The notes under the pieces: model-generated
The model's input: only the letters and a program-made list of their open reading frames with translations
What the model was told of the DNA's origin: nothing
Databases searched by the model: none
Program-made: the position numbers and the translations under genes
In this document: positions 29,671-38,493 of the stretch, piece after piece
Numbering within the stretch: the stretch's first letter is position 1
Layout of the letters: the number at the start of each line of letters is the position of its first letter
Assembly (NCBI GenBank): GCA_035651595.1
Contig: DASRFJ010000316.1
Coordinates: forward strand, 1-64,000
DNA length: 64,000 bases
DNA from: Streptosporangiaceae bacterium
Lineage (GTDB): Bacteria; Actinomycetota; Actinomycetes; Streptosporangiales; Streptosporangiaceae
Reading direction: 5' to 3'

Positions 29671-29805
29671 CGGATTCCCCTCGTATCTGGCTGCTTTGCC
29701 CCTAAGACGAAACAGCCAGCGGCTTTGTGACGAGGGCGCCGGGGCTTCCTGGGCTTCCTGGGCTTCCTCGGCTTCCTAGGCCGGGAATGCGGGTACCCAG
29801 ACAGT

Positions 29806-30741
29806 GTGCGGCAACCCCCTGCTACAGAATCCGCGCGCGCACCGCGACGGCGGTCCCGGCTCCCCCGGCCGGTGAACGTCGCGGAGCGGATCGAGCGCGC
29901 GCATGTCCTGGACGGTCCGATCAGGACGCTCTCCGGCGCCGTCGTCCGCGCGCTGCCCGGCGGCGCGCGGGCCGACGCGCTGCACGGCGTGCCGTTCGGC
30001 CAGCCCGCCCACCCGGCGCTGGTGCGGCTGCCTCTCGGCTGCTGGACGTCGGCCGTGCTGCTCGACGTGTTCCGGTTCCGCGGCAGCGAGCGTGCGTCGC
30101 GGGTGCTGGTGCTCGCCGGCGTGGCCGGCATGCTGCCCGCCGCAGCCGCCGGGCTGGCGGACTGGTCCGCGTTGCACCGGGACCAGCAGCGGGTCGGCCT
30201 GGTGCACCTCGGGTGCCAGAGTCTGGCCGGCCTGCTGTTCGGCGGGTCGCTGGCGGCGCGGTTCCTCGGGCGCACCCGGTGCGGGAAGGCGCTATCGGCC
30301 GTCGGGCTTGTGTGCGCCACGGGAGGCGCGTACCTGGGCGGGCACCTGGCGCTGCGGCTCGGCGCGGGTACCTCGCACGCGGACCAGGTGAGCCACCTCG
30401 CCGGGCTTGGCTGGCACGACCTGTGCCCGGTATCGTCCCTGCCGGAAGGACGGCCGGTGCGGCGGCAGCTCGGGTACCTGTCGCTGCTGGTGTACCGCGC
30501 GGGGAGCGACGAGGTCTATATCCTGTCCGACCGGTGCGCGCACCTCGGCGGACCGCTGCACCAGGGCCGGGTTGTGTGCGAGCCGCGGGACGGGGCGCTG
30601 TGCGTGGTGTGCCCCTGGCACGGGTCCACGTTCCGGCTGACCGATGGCCGCGTCGTGCACGGGCCGGCCACCGCGCGGCAGCCGTCGTTCGAGACCCGGA
30701 TCAGCTCCGAAGGCCTGGTACAGCTGCGCCCCCGGCACTGA
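29806..30741 (+). CDS. DUF2231 membrane domain + Rieske [2Fe-2S] domain protein
   Basis: CAHLGGPL...CPWHGSTF is the Rieske CxH...CxxH pattern; the N-terminal half is hydrophobic. Confidence 0.7.
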   Translation: MRQPPATESARAPRRRSRLPRPVNVAERIERAHVLDGPIRTLSGAVVRALPGGARADALHGVPFGQPAHPALVRLPLGCWTSAVLLDVFRFRGSERASRVLVLAGVAGMLPAAAAGLADWSALHRDQQRVGLVHLGCQSLAGLLFGGSLAARFLGRTRCGKALSAVGLVCATGGAYLGGHLALRLGAGTSHADQVSHLAGLGWHDLCPVSSLPEGRPVRRQLGYLSLLVYRAGSDEVYILSDRCAHLGGPLHQGRVVCEPRDGALCVVCPWHGSTFRLTDGRVVHGPATARQPSFETRISSEGLVQLRPRH

Positions 30742-30906
30742 TCCTTGGCGAGCTCGGCGAACGCGCAATCAATTGCGAGCGCCCCGATAGCGGACGCGTG
30801 ACGTGGGTGTTCCGGAGCGCTTCACCCGTGCCAAACAACATGCGCTCACGGGTGTGTGTCGCGCCGGGTTGGCCCGTGATAGGCAGCCCGCCGGCTCGAA
30901 CCTGGG

Positions 30907-31040
30907 CATATCGGCAGATTCGGGGCGCGAGAGCGAGCGGGCCAGATTATTGCGGACAGTTACCCCCCCGGATCGGGGGGGTAACTGTCCGCAATAATTT
31001 TCGAGCGCCTCCGGAAGCCCGGGCAGACCGCTGAACGCTT
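30907..31040. repeat. repeat element copy B: same ~120 bp unit with a perfect 21 bp C7/G7 palindrome
   Basis: Palindrome arms are attgcggacagttaccccccc, loop ggatc, then gggggggtaactgtccgcaat. Flanks match copy A at 14649..14770; one stem base pair is changed in a compensatory way. Confidence 0.8.
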
Positions 31041-31091
31041 ACATCTGGCGCTTTTTCTACTATGAAAACCTTTTCAACACGGGAGTCGCCA

Positions 31092-32348
31092 CTACGAACG
31101 TAATGGGCGCGGCAGATACGTGACCGATGCGTCGCCGTCCGCGGGAGGCTCGGCTCCGTTGGACGGGACCTCCGCGACGGGCCGGACCTCCGAGACCGGT
31201 GGCGGCACCGCGAAGGAAGGCGGGACGACGGTAGCCGGGGGCACCGGGGTGGCGGGGGGCGCGAGGGCGGCGGCCGACGGAACCGCGGTGGCGGGTGGCG
31301 GGACGGCCGCCGGCGGCGGAATGGGGGCGCCAGCGGCGGGCACCGCGGACGGCGGCGGGAAGGCAGCGGGAGCCGTACCGGCCGCGTCGTCCCCGCCCGG
31401 CTCTCCGCCCGGCCCCATGCCAGGATCCGCGACCGCGTCCCGGGGGACGCCGAAGAAGCTGCCGATGCCCTCCAGCGCCCGGCCGATCTCGCTGGGCACG
31501 ATCCACACCTTGTTGGCGTCGCCCTGCGCGATCTGCGGCAGCATCTGCATGTACTGGTAGGCGAGCAGCCGCTGATCCGGGTTGCCGTCGTGGATGGCCT
31601 GGAACACGGTGGTGATCGCCTCGGCCTGGCCGCGGGCCCGCGCCGCTGTCGCCTTGGCTTCGCCCTCGGCGCGCAGCGCGACCGCCTCGGACTCGCCGCG
31701 TGCGCGCAGCACCGCGGCCTGCCGCTCGCCTTCTGCGGTCAGGATGGCGGACTGCTTGGACCCCTCCGCGGACAGGATCGCGGCACGCTTGTCGCGATCC
31801 GCGCGCATCTGCTTTTCCATCGAGTCCTGGATCGAGGCCGGCGGCTCGATGGCGCGCAACTCGACCCGGCTCACCCGCAGGCCCCACTTGCCGGTCGCCT
31901 CGTCGAGTTCGGTGCGCAGCACGCTGTTGATCTGGTCGCGCGACGTGAGCGTCGTCTCCAGGTCCATGCCGCCGACCACGTTCCGCAGCGTGGTCAGCGT
32001 CAGCTGCTCGACTCCGGTCAGGTAGCTGGAGATCTCGTACGTCGCGGCCCGCGGGTCGGTGACCTGGCAGTAGATGATCGTGTCGATGCCGACGACCAGG
32101 TTGTCCATGGTGATGACCGGCTGCACCGGGAAGCTGATCACCTGCTCGCGCAAGTCGATCAGCGGGCGGACCCGGTCGATGAACGGCGTGATCACGTTCA
32201 GGCCCGCGTTCATCGTGCGGTGGTAGCGGCCGAACCGCTCCACGATGGCGGCGCTCGCCTGCGGCACGATCCGTACCGAGCGGATGGCCACGGCGATAAC
32301 CAGGACGACGAATACCGCGAGAAAGACGGTCGCGGCGATGGTGCCCAT
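31092..32348 (-). CDS. SPFH/band-7 (stomatin-like) membrane protein with Pro/Ala-rich C-terminal tail
   Basis: N-terminal TM, then an SPFH core (RIVPQASAAIVERFGRY...LTSRDQIN...), then a long PPxxVPP tail. Confidence 0.8.
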   Translation of the reverse strand: MGTIAATVFLAVFVVLVIAVAIRSVRIVPQASAAIVERFGRYHRTMNAGLNVITPFIDRVRPLIDLREQVISFPVQPVITMDNLVVGIDTIIYCQVTDPRAATYEISSYLTGVEQLTLTTLRNVVGGMDLETTLTSRDQINSVLRTELDEATGKWGLRVSRVELRAIEPPASIQDSMEKQMRADRDKRAAILSAEGSKQSAILTAEGERQAAVLRARGESEAVALRAEGEAKATAARARGQAEAITTVFQAIHDGNPDQRLLAYQYMQMLPQIAQGDANKVWIVPSEIGRALEGIGSFFGVPRDAVADPGMGPGGEPGGDDAAGTAPAAFPPPSAVPAAGAPIPPPAAVPPPATAVPSAAALAPPATPVPPATVVPPSFAVPPPVSEVRPVAEVPSNGAEPPADGDASVTYLPRPLRS

Positions 32349-32454
32349 GCCTGCTCACCTCGCAACGAGCATCCGGGGGATTACCGCTCTGTCATTGATT
32401 ACGGTACAGACGCGCCCCCGGTTCAGCTAGGGCGTTCGGTAACTTGAAGCTCAC

Positions 32455-33240
32455 TTAGCGTGCCCGCGCGGTCCACCGGGACTGCCGGTGCTCGATCTCC
32501 AGCTGCACGCCGAAGCACCGCGACAGGTTACGCGCGGTGAACACGTTCTCGATCGGGCCAGCGGCGAGCACGGAGCCGCGGCGCAGCAGCATCGCGTGCG
32601 TGAAGCCGTCGGGCACCTCCTCGACGTGGTGCGTCACCAGGACCATCATCGGCGCCTTGGGGTCGCGGGCCAGCATGCTCAGCCGCCGTAGCAGATCCTC
32701 GCGACCGCCGAGGTCGAGGCCAGCGGCGGGCTCGTCGAGCAGCAGCAGTTCCGGGTCGGGCATCAACGCGCGGGCGATCTGGACGCGCTTGCGCTCGCCT
32801 TCGGACAGCGTGGCGAACTTGCGGCGGATCAGGTGCGCGCAGCCGAGCGCGTCGAGCAGTTCCACGGCGCGGGTGACGTCGGCGGAATCGTATTCCTCCT
32901 TCCACCGGCCGAGGATGGCATAGGAGGCGGTGAGCACCAGATCGATCACCTTCTCGCCGGGCGGCACCTGCTCGGCGATCGCCGCACTGGTCAGCCCGAT
33001 CCGCGGCCGCAGCTCGAACACGTCGACCTCGCCCATCCGCTCGCCGAGCACCTCGACACTCCCGGCCGAGGCGAACAGCGTCGTGGCGGCCACCTGAAGC
33101 AGCGTGGTCTTGCCCGCGCCGTTCGGCCCGATCAGGATCCATCGTTCGTCCTCGTGCGCGGTCCAGTCGACGTTGCGCAACAGCACGGCCGCATCCCGTT
33201 TGACCTCAACGCCTCGCAGCCGCAGCACCTCGTCGGACAT
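32455..33240 (-). CDS. ABC transporter ATP-binding protein
   Basis: Walker A GPNGAGKTTLL, signature LSEGERKRVQIA, Walker B LLLDEPAAGLD. Confidence 0.85.
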   Translation of the reverse strand: MSDEVLRLRGVEVKRDAAVLLRNVDWTAHEDERWILIGPNGAGKTTLLQVAATTLFASAGSVEVLGERMGEVDVFELRPRIGLTSAAIAEQVPPGEKVIDLVLTASYAILGRWKEEYDSADVTRAVELLDALGCAHLIRRKFATLSEGERKRVQIARALMPDPELLLLDEPAAGLDLGGREDLLRRLSMLARDPKAPMMVLVTHHVEEVPDGFTHAMLLRRGSVLAAGPIENVFTARNLSRCFGVQLEIEHRQSRWTARAR

Positions 33241-33507
33241 CAGGCCCCCTCTCTCCGCGTCGGCGGCGTTGCTGGCGTTCTTGACCGTCGAGACCGAACC
33301 TACGTCACCGCACTCCGATCATCCCAGTCGATGCGCGCGCCCGGTACACGGAGGGCCTATCGCGTCCGGGCGCCCGACGGACAAAGATTAAATATCGCTT
33401 ACGCGACCGCACTATTCGCTTACCGTGCGCTACTCTCCCTATCTGCTCGCACGACGCCAGGACCAAGTACCACGTGCGGGGTTCTAGCGAAGAGGAGCGG
33501 AAGGACT

Positions 33508-34071
33508 ATGCGCATCCGCGTGCTTTCAGGCTGCCTGGCGATCAGCACGGTGGCGATCATCGGCACGGGAGCGGCCGCCCAAGCGGCTCAGGCGGCCACG
33601 TTGTCCAGTAGCGGGGGAACCGGCGGCGGTAACAATTACCAGACCTGCCCGCCGGGCGAACAGTATTCATCCCAGAAAAAGTGCTGCAAACCGACACCCA
33701 CACCACCTCCGCCTTGCCAGTGCCAGACATCGCCGCCCGGCTGGCAGTGGGTGGTGCCGCCCACGCCGACGCCCGTGTACACCACGCCGACTCCCGTGTA
33801 CACGACACCGACGCCCGTGTACAGCACGGTGCCGGTGCGTACACCGACGCCGGTGTACACCACGGCGAGTCCGTCGCCGACCCAGACCCAGGTCGTCCCG
33901 GTTGTCGAGTCAAGTTCACCGGTGCCGTCCGGGCCTGCCAACACCGGCGGCGGCATGGCCGGCGGCAGTAACATCCCGCTGGCGGCCGGCGGTGGCGCGG
34001 TCGCGTTGATCGCGGCGCCGCTCGGGTTGGTCGCGTTCCGCCGCTGGCGGCAGACTCGCGGCGCCGCGTAA
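33508..34071 (+). CDS. secreted Cys-rich, Pro/Thr-repeat surface protein with C-terminal cell-wall sorting signal
   Basis: Strong RBS (gaggagcggaagg) before the ATG at 33508. Signal peptide, Cys cluster (CPPGEQYSSQKKCCKPTPTPPPPCQCQ), three TPTPVYTTP repeats, and a tail of the form PANTGGG...hydrophobic...RRWRQTRG. It sits directly upstream of a sortase. Confidence 0.7.
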   Translation: MRIRVLSGCLAISTVAIIGTGAAAQAAQAATLSSSGGTGGGNNYQTCPPGEQYSSQKKCCKPTPTPPPPCQCQTSPPGWQWVVPPTPTPVYTTPTPVYTTPTPVYSTVPVRTPTPVYTTASPSPTQTQVVPVVESSSPVPSGPANTGGGMAGGSNIPLAAGGGAVALIAAPLGLVAFRRWRQTRGAA

Positions 34072-34092
34072 CCCCGCGGTCCCGCGTTCAAC

Positions 34093-34764
34093 GTGTACCT
34101 GCCACGTCACCGGCGTACGCCGCTGGGACGGTGGGCGATGCTCACCGTCCTGGCGGCGGCCGTGCTGTGCGTCGTCGGCGTCATTGTCGCCGCGGCGGCG
34201 CTGACCAGTCACGGCCCGCTGCCGGACAGCGCCGCATCGCTGATCCCGGCGTCGGTCAAGAGCTCCGTCCCGCGACTCACCTCGAACCCGCGGGTACGAC
34301 AGCTGAAGCGGTCGGTACCGGTGCGCCTGCGCATTCCGGCGATCGGCGTGAACGCGCCGGTGACGGAAGTCGGGCTGAACCGCGACGGCAGCGTACAGGT
34401 GCCGCCGCTCGCCGACCACGACCTGACTGGCTGGTACAAGTACGGCCCGACGCCGGGGCAACGCGGTGCCTCGGTGATCCTCGGGCACGTCGACTCGGTG
34501 ACCGGCCTGTCGGTGTTCTTCAAGCTCAAGGATCTGCGGAAGGGAGACAGGATCTATGTCCGGCTGACCGACAGCAAGACCGCGGTGTTCGTGGTGGACG
34601 GCCTGCAGCGGACCGCCAAGACGACGTTCCCGACCGACGCCGTCTACGGCAGGCTCAAGTACCCGGGCCTGCGGCTGGTCACCTGCGGTGGCCCGTTCGA
34701 TCCGGCGACCGGCCACTACGAAGACAACATAATCGTCTACGCGCACCTGGTGGCCTCCCGCTAA
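34093..34764 (+). CDS. srt: sortase (small actinobacterial class, E/F-like)
   Basis: N-terminal TM, catalytic His (ILGHVDS), catalytic Cys in LRLVTCGG, and a conserved Arg. Confidence 0.8.
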   Translation: MYLPRHRRTPLGRWAMLTVLAAAVLCVVGVIVAAAALTSHGPLPDSAASLIPASVKSSVPRLTSNPRVRQLKRSVPVRLRIPAIGVNAPVTEVGLNRDGSVQVPPLADHDLTGWYKYGPTPGQRGASVILGHVDSVTGLSVFFKLKDLRKGDRIYVRLTDSKTAVFVVDGLQRTAKTTFPTDAVYGRLKYPGLRLVTCGGPFDPATGHYEDNIIVYAHLVASR

Positions 34765-34870
34765 GGAGGTGCCCGCTAAGGAGGTGCGTGGCCCACGGGC
34801 CCCCTTCTAGGGGGCTTCGGGGGCCACGCTCCCCCCGAGGCGCGGCCCCCCGGGGGCTGAAGCGCAGCGC

Positions 34871-35500
34871 TCAGGCGCCGCGCTCGTTGCGCACGGCGAG
34901 CAGCGCCGCCTGAGTGCGGTCCTGCACGCCGAGCTTGGCGAGCACGGAGCTGACGTGCGCCTTGACGGTCTTCTCCGCCACGTGCAAGGACCGCGCGATC
35001 TCCCGGTTCGACCGGCCCTTGGCGAGCTCGGCGAGCACTTCGCGCTCTCTGACGGTGAGCGATTCGATCCCGCTCACCGCGGTGTGCGCGGCGGACCGCA
35101 CCAGCGGCCCGGCGGCGGACTGGGCCAGCAGCACGTTGCCGTCGTGCACCGAGCGGATCCCGCGCACGAGCGCGTCCGGGTCAATGTCCTTGTACAGCAC
35201 GCCGGCGGCGCCCGAGCGCATCGCCAGGCTCGCCGCGGCGGGGTCGGTCGCGCTGGTCAGCACCAGTATCCGGGACGGGCACTCGCGCGCTACCAACTCG
35301 GACAGCACGGCGATCCCGTCCATGCCTGGCAGCTTGAGGTCGAGCAGGATCACGTCCGGCGAGAGTTCCCCAGCCAGCGCAAGCGCCGAAGCCCCGTCAG
35401 CGGCGTCCCCGGCAACCGTGATGTCATCCTGAACCTGAAGCAGCGCGCGCAGCCCCTGCCGCACCACCGGATGGTCGTCCACGATCAGCACCGAAATCAC
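34871..35500 (-). CDS. LuxR/NarL-family response regulator
   Basis: REC domain (MISVLIVDDHPVVRQGL...DLKLPGMDG) plus a LuxR HTH. Confidence 0.85.
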   Translation of the reverse strand: MISVLIVDDHPVVRQGLRALLQVQDDITVAGDAADGASALALAGELSPDVILLDLKLPGMDGIAVLSELVARECPSRILVLTSATDPAAASLAMRSGAAGVLYKDIDPDALVRGIRSVHDGNVLLAQSAAGPLVRSAAHTAVSGIESLTVREREVLAELAKGRSNREIARSLHVAEKTVKAHVSSVLAKLGVQDRTQAALLAVRNERGA

Positions 35501-36693
35501 TTCGCACCGCCATGCACGGGCACCGTCGCACGGATCCTCGTCCCGCTGCCCGGGGCCGAATCAACCGACAGGCTCCCGCCCACCGCGCACACGCGGTCGC
35601 GCATCGACGCCAGCCCAAGGCCGGCCGACGGGCCGCCCACCACGAAGCCCTGCCCGTCGTCGGCCACCTCGAGCACGGCTGCCCGGGACCCGCCGCGACC
35701 CGAGGACGACCCCCGCCCAAGGCAGATCCGGATCGACGTCGCCGCGGCGTGCCGCAGCGCGTTGTGCAGCGCCTCCTGCGCCACCCGGTACAGCGCCGCC
35801 TCCGTGTCCGCGCCGAGCGAGGGCAGGCCGTCGGCCACCGACACCTGCACCGGCACGCCGTGCGCCCGCGCGGCCAGTGCCGCGTACCGGCGCACCGACT
35901 CGGCCAGCCCGCCCTCGGCCAGGTCGGGCGGGGCGAGCCCGTCGATCACCGCACGCAGTTCGGCGTGCGCCTCGGCGGCGAGCGACTCCACGGCCGCCAT
36001 TTCCTCCGTCAGGGCGGCGCCCGCGTCGGAAGGACGCCCCGCTGGCAGCGACCCGCCGGGCCGGGCGGCGAGCACAGCGGCGGCGCGTGCATGCGCGCGC
36101 AGCGAGAACAGCTTCTGGGTCACCGCGTCGTGCAGCTCACGGGCCAGCCGCGCACGCTCGGTCAGCACGGAGACCTCGCGAGACCGCTCGGTCAGCCGCG
36201 CGTTGGTCAGCGCGATCGCCGCGTGGGTGGCGAACAGCGTGAGGATCTCCTCGTCGCGCTCGGTGAAGCCGGAGCTCTTGGCGGTGACCTTGTTGGCGGC
36301 GAAGATGATGCCCAGCACCCGGTCGCCGTCGCGCACCGGCACGCCAAGGAAGTGCGTCATCCGCGGGTGCGCCGAAGGGAAGCCCTGGAACCTGGGGTCG
36401 GCGCGGATGTCCGCGAGCCGCTGCGGCTTGCCCTCGCGGAGCAGCACGGCCAGCATGCCGTGCCGGCGCGGCAGCGGCCCGATCGCCGCCCACTCGGCGG
36501 GGCTCACCCCGTCCACCACGAACTCGGCGAACGAGTCGGCCGCGTCGGGCACTCCGAGCGCCGCGTACCGGGCGCCGACCAGGGAGCGCGCGGACCTGAC
36601 GATGACTTGCAGCACGTCGCGGACGGACAGCTGCCTGGTCACGGACAGCACCGCCTGGCTCACCTGGGACAGCTCCCCGAGCCCGTCGCTCAT
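35497..36693 (-). CDS. GAF-domain sensor histidine kinase (HisKA_3 / NarL-type)
   Basis: GAF domain, H-box (ERARLARELHDAVTQKLF) and HATPase G-boxes. The 4-nt overlap with the regulator gene suggests an operon. Start set at the ATG encoding MSDGLGELSQ. Confidence 0.75.
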   Translation of the reverse strand: MSDGLGELSQVSQAVLSVTRQLSVRDVLQVIVRSARSLVGARYAALGVPDAADSFAEFVVDGVSPAEWAAIGPLPRRHGMLAVLLREGKPQRLADIRADPRFQGFPSAHPRMTHFLGVPVRDGDRVLGIIFAANKVTAKSSGFTERDEEILTLFATHAAIALTNARLTERSREVSVLTERARLARELHDAVTQKLFSLRAHARAAAVLAARPGGSLPAGRPSDAGAALTEEMAAVESLAAEAHAELRAVIDGLAPPDLAEGGLAESVRRYAALAARAHGVPVQVSVADGLPSLGADTEAALYRVAQEALHNALRHAAATSIRICLGRGSSSGRGGSRAAVLEVADDGQGFVVGGPSAGLGLASMRDRVCAVGGSLSVDSAPGSGTRIRATVPVHGGAK

Positions 36694-36818
36694 AGCTACC
36701 GACGTTATCCGCAACCGCGTGCGACCCGCATCAACCAAAGGTCCTACGACCAGAGTCCGAGGACCACCGCGCCGCAGGCCCGATGTGCCCGCCACCACGA
36801 GAACCTAGCGTGAGCACC

Positions 36819-37502
36819 ATGAGTAACCCGATAGCGCTTGTCACAGGGGCCTCCCGCGGGCTCGGCCGCGCGCTCGCCGCGGGTCTGGTCCGCGAGGGAT
36901 ACACGCTGATCGTCGACGCCAGGGACGAGGCCGCGCTCATCGCCGCGGCGGACGAGGACGGCTTCGCCCTGGCCGTGCCGGGCGACGTCACCGACCCAGG
37001 GCACCGTGCGGAGCTGCGGCAGGCGGTGGAAAAGCTCGGCGGCCTCGATCTGCTGGTGAACAACGCCGGCACGCTCGGCGCTCATCCGCTGCCGGCCATG
37101 GCCGACTACCCAGTGGATGAGCTGCGTACCGCGTTCGAGGTGAACGTCGTCGCGCCGGTCGCCCTCACCCAGCTGCTGCTGCCGGCGCTCCGCGTCCGCG
37201 GCGGCGCGGTGCTGAACGTCACCTCGGACGCCGCGGTGGAGCCGTACGCGGGCTGGGGTGGCTACGGCGCCGCCAAGGCCGCGCTGGAGCAAGCGTCCAG
37301 CGTGCTCGCCGCCGAGGAGCTCACCGTCCGCGTCTGGTGGGTCGACCCCGGCGACCTGCGCACCGACATGCATCAGCAGGCCTTCCCCGGGGAGGACATC
37401 TCCGGCCGGCCGCTGCCGGCCGCGGTCGTGCCCGGCTTCGTCCGCCTGGTCACCGAACGCCTGCCCAGCGGCCGCTACCGTGCGCCGGAGCTGATCTCAT
37501 GA
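36819..37502 (+). CDS. SDR-family oxidoreductase
   Basis: TGASRGLG Rossmann motif and YGAAK catalytic motif. Confidence 0.85.
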   Translation: MSNPIALVTGASRGLGRALAAGLVREGYTLIVDARDEAALIAAADEDGFALAVPGDVTDPGHRAELRQAVEKLGGLDLLVNNAGTLGAHPLPAMADYPVDELRTAFEVNVVAPVALTQLLLPALRVRGGAVLNVTSDAAVEPYAGWGGYGAAKAALEQASSVLAAEELTVRVWWVDPGDLRTDMHQQAFPGEDISGRPLPAAVVPGFVRLVTERLPSGRYRAPELIS

Positions 37503-38493
37503 TCACCGCGACCGATCGGCTCGACTTCACGCTCCCGTCAGAACTGGAGGCGCACGAGCCGCCGGAACGCCGCGGCGTGCCAAGGGACGCGGTCCGGATG
37601 CTGGTCAGCCGCCACTTCTCCGGCTCGCTCACCCATCACGTCTTCGCCGAGCTGCCGGCCCTGCTCCGCCCCGGCGACCTCCTGGTGGTCAACACCAGCG
37701 CCACGCTCCCCGCCGCGGTCGGCGGCATCCACTTTTCCACGCCGCTTCCCGACGGCAGCTGGCTTGTCGAGATCAGACAGAACGGCATCGGTGCGCCGGG
37801 CACGGACATCACCTTGCCCGGGGAGGCTGTCCTTTCGCTGCTGGATCGCGTCTCGCCACGGCTGTGGCGGGCCAGGCTGTCCACGGCGGTCGTGCCGTAC
37901 CTGCTCAAGCACGGCACGCCGATCCGCTACTCGTACGTGCGGCGGGACTGGGACCTGGCCGACTACCAGACGGTGTTCGCCAGGACGCCGGGCAGCGCCG
38001 AGATGCCGAGCGCCAGCCGGCCGTTCACGCCGCGCACCGTGACCGAACTCGCCGGCCGCGGCGTGCTGATCGCCCCGATCACGCTGCACACCGGGGTCTC
38101 CTCGCTGGAGGAAGACGAGGATCCGTACCCGGAGCCGTTCGATGTCCCGCCCGCGACCGCGCGGCTGGTGAACCATGTCCGCTGGGAGAGCGGCCGGGTG
38201 ATCGCGGCCGGCACCACGGTGGTGCGCGCGCTGGAGAGCGCGGTCGGTCCGGACGGGCTGGTCCAGCCCGCGGCGGGCTGGACCTCGCACGTGGTGACCC
38301 CGCAAACCGGCGTGCGCGTCGTGGACGGGCTGCTCACCGGGCTGCACGAGCCGCGCTCGTCGCACCTGCGGATGCTGACCGCGTTCGCCGGCCAGGACCT
38401 GCTCGGCCGCTGCTACACCGAGGCGATCAACGCCGGCTACCTATGGCACGAGTTCGGCGACGTGCACCTGCTGCTACCCTTACGCCCGGATGA
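37499..38493 (+). CDS. queA: S-adenosylmethionine:tRNA ribosyltransferase-isomerase; true 3' end uncertain (the sequenced frame stays open to 38740)
   Basis: Homologous to E. coli QueA along its whole length (DFTLPSELEAHEP, GDLLVVNTSATLPA, GTTVVRALESA, LWHEFGDVHLL). ATGA overlap with the SDR stop. A TGA overlapping the serB ATG exists in the +1 frame. Confidence 0.7.
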
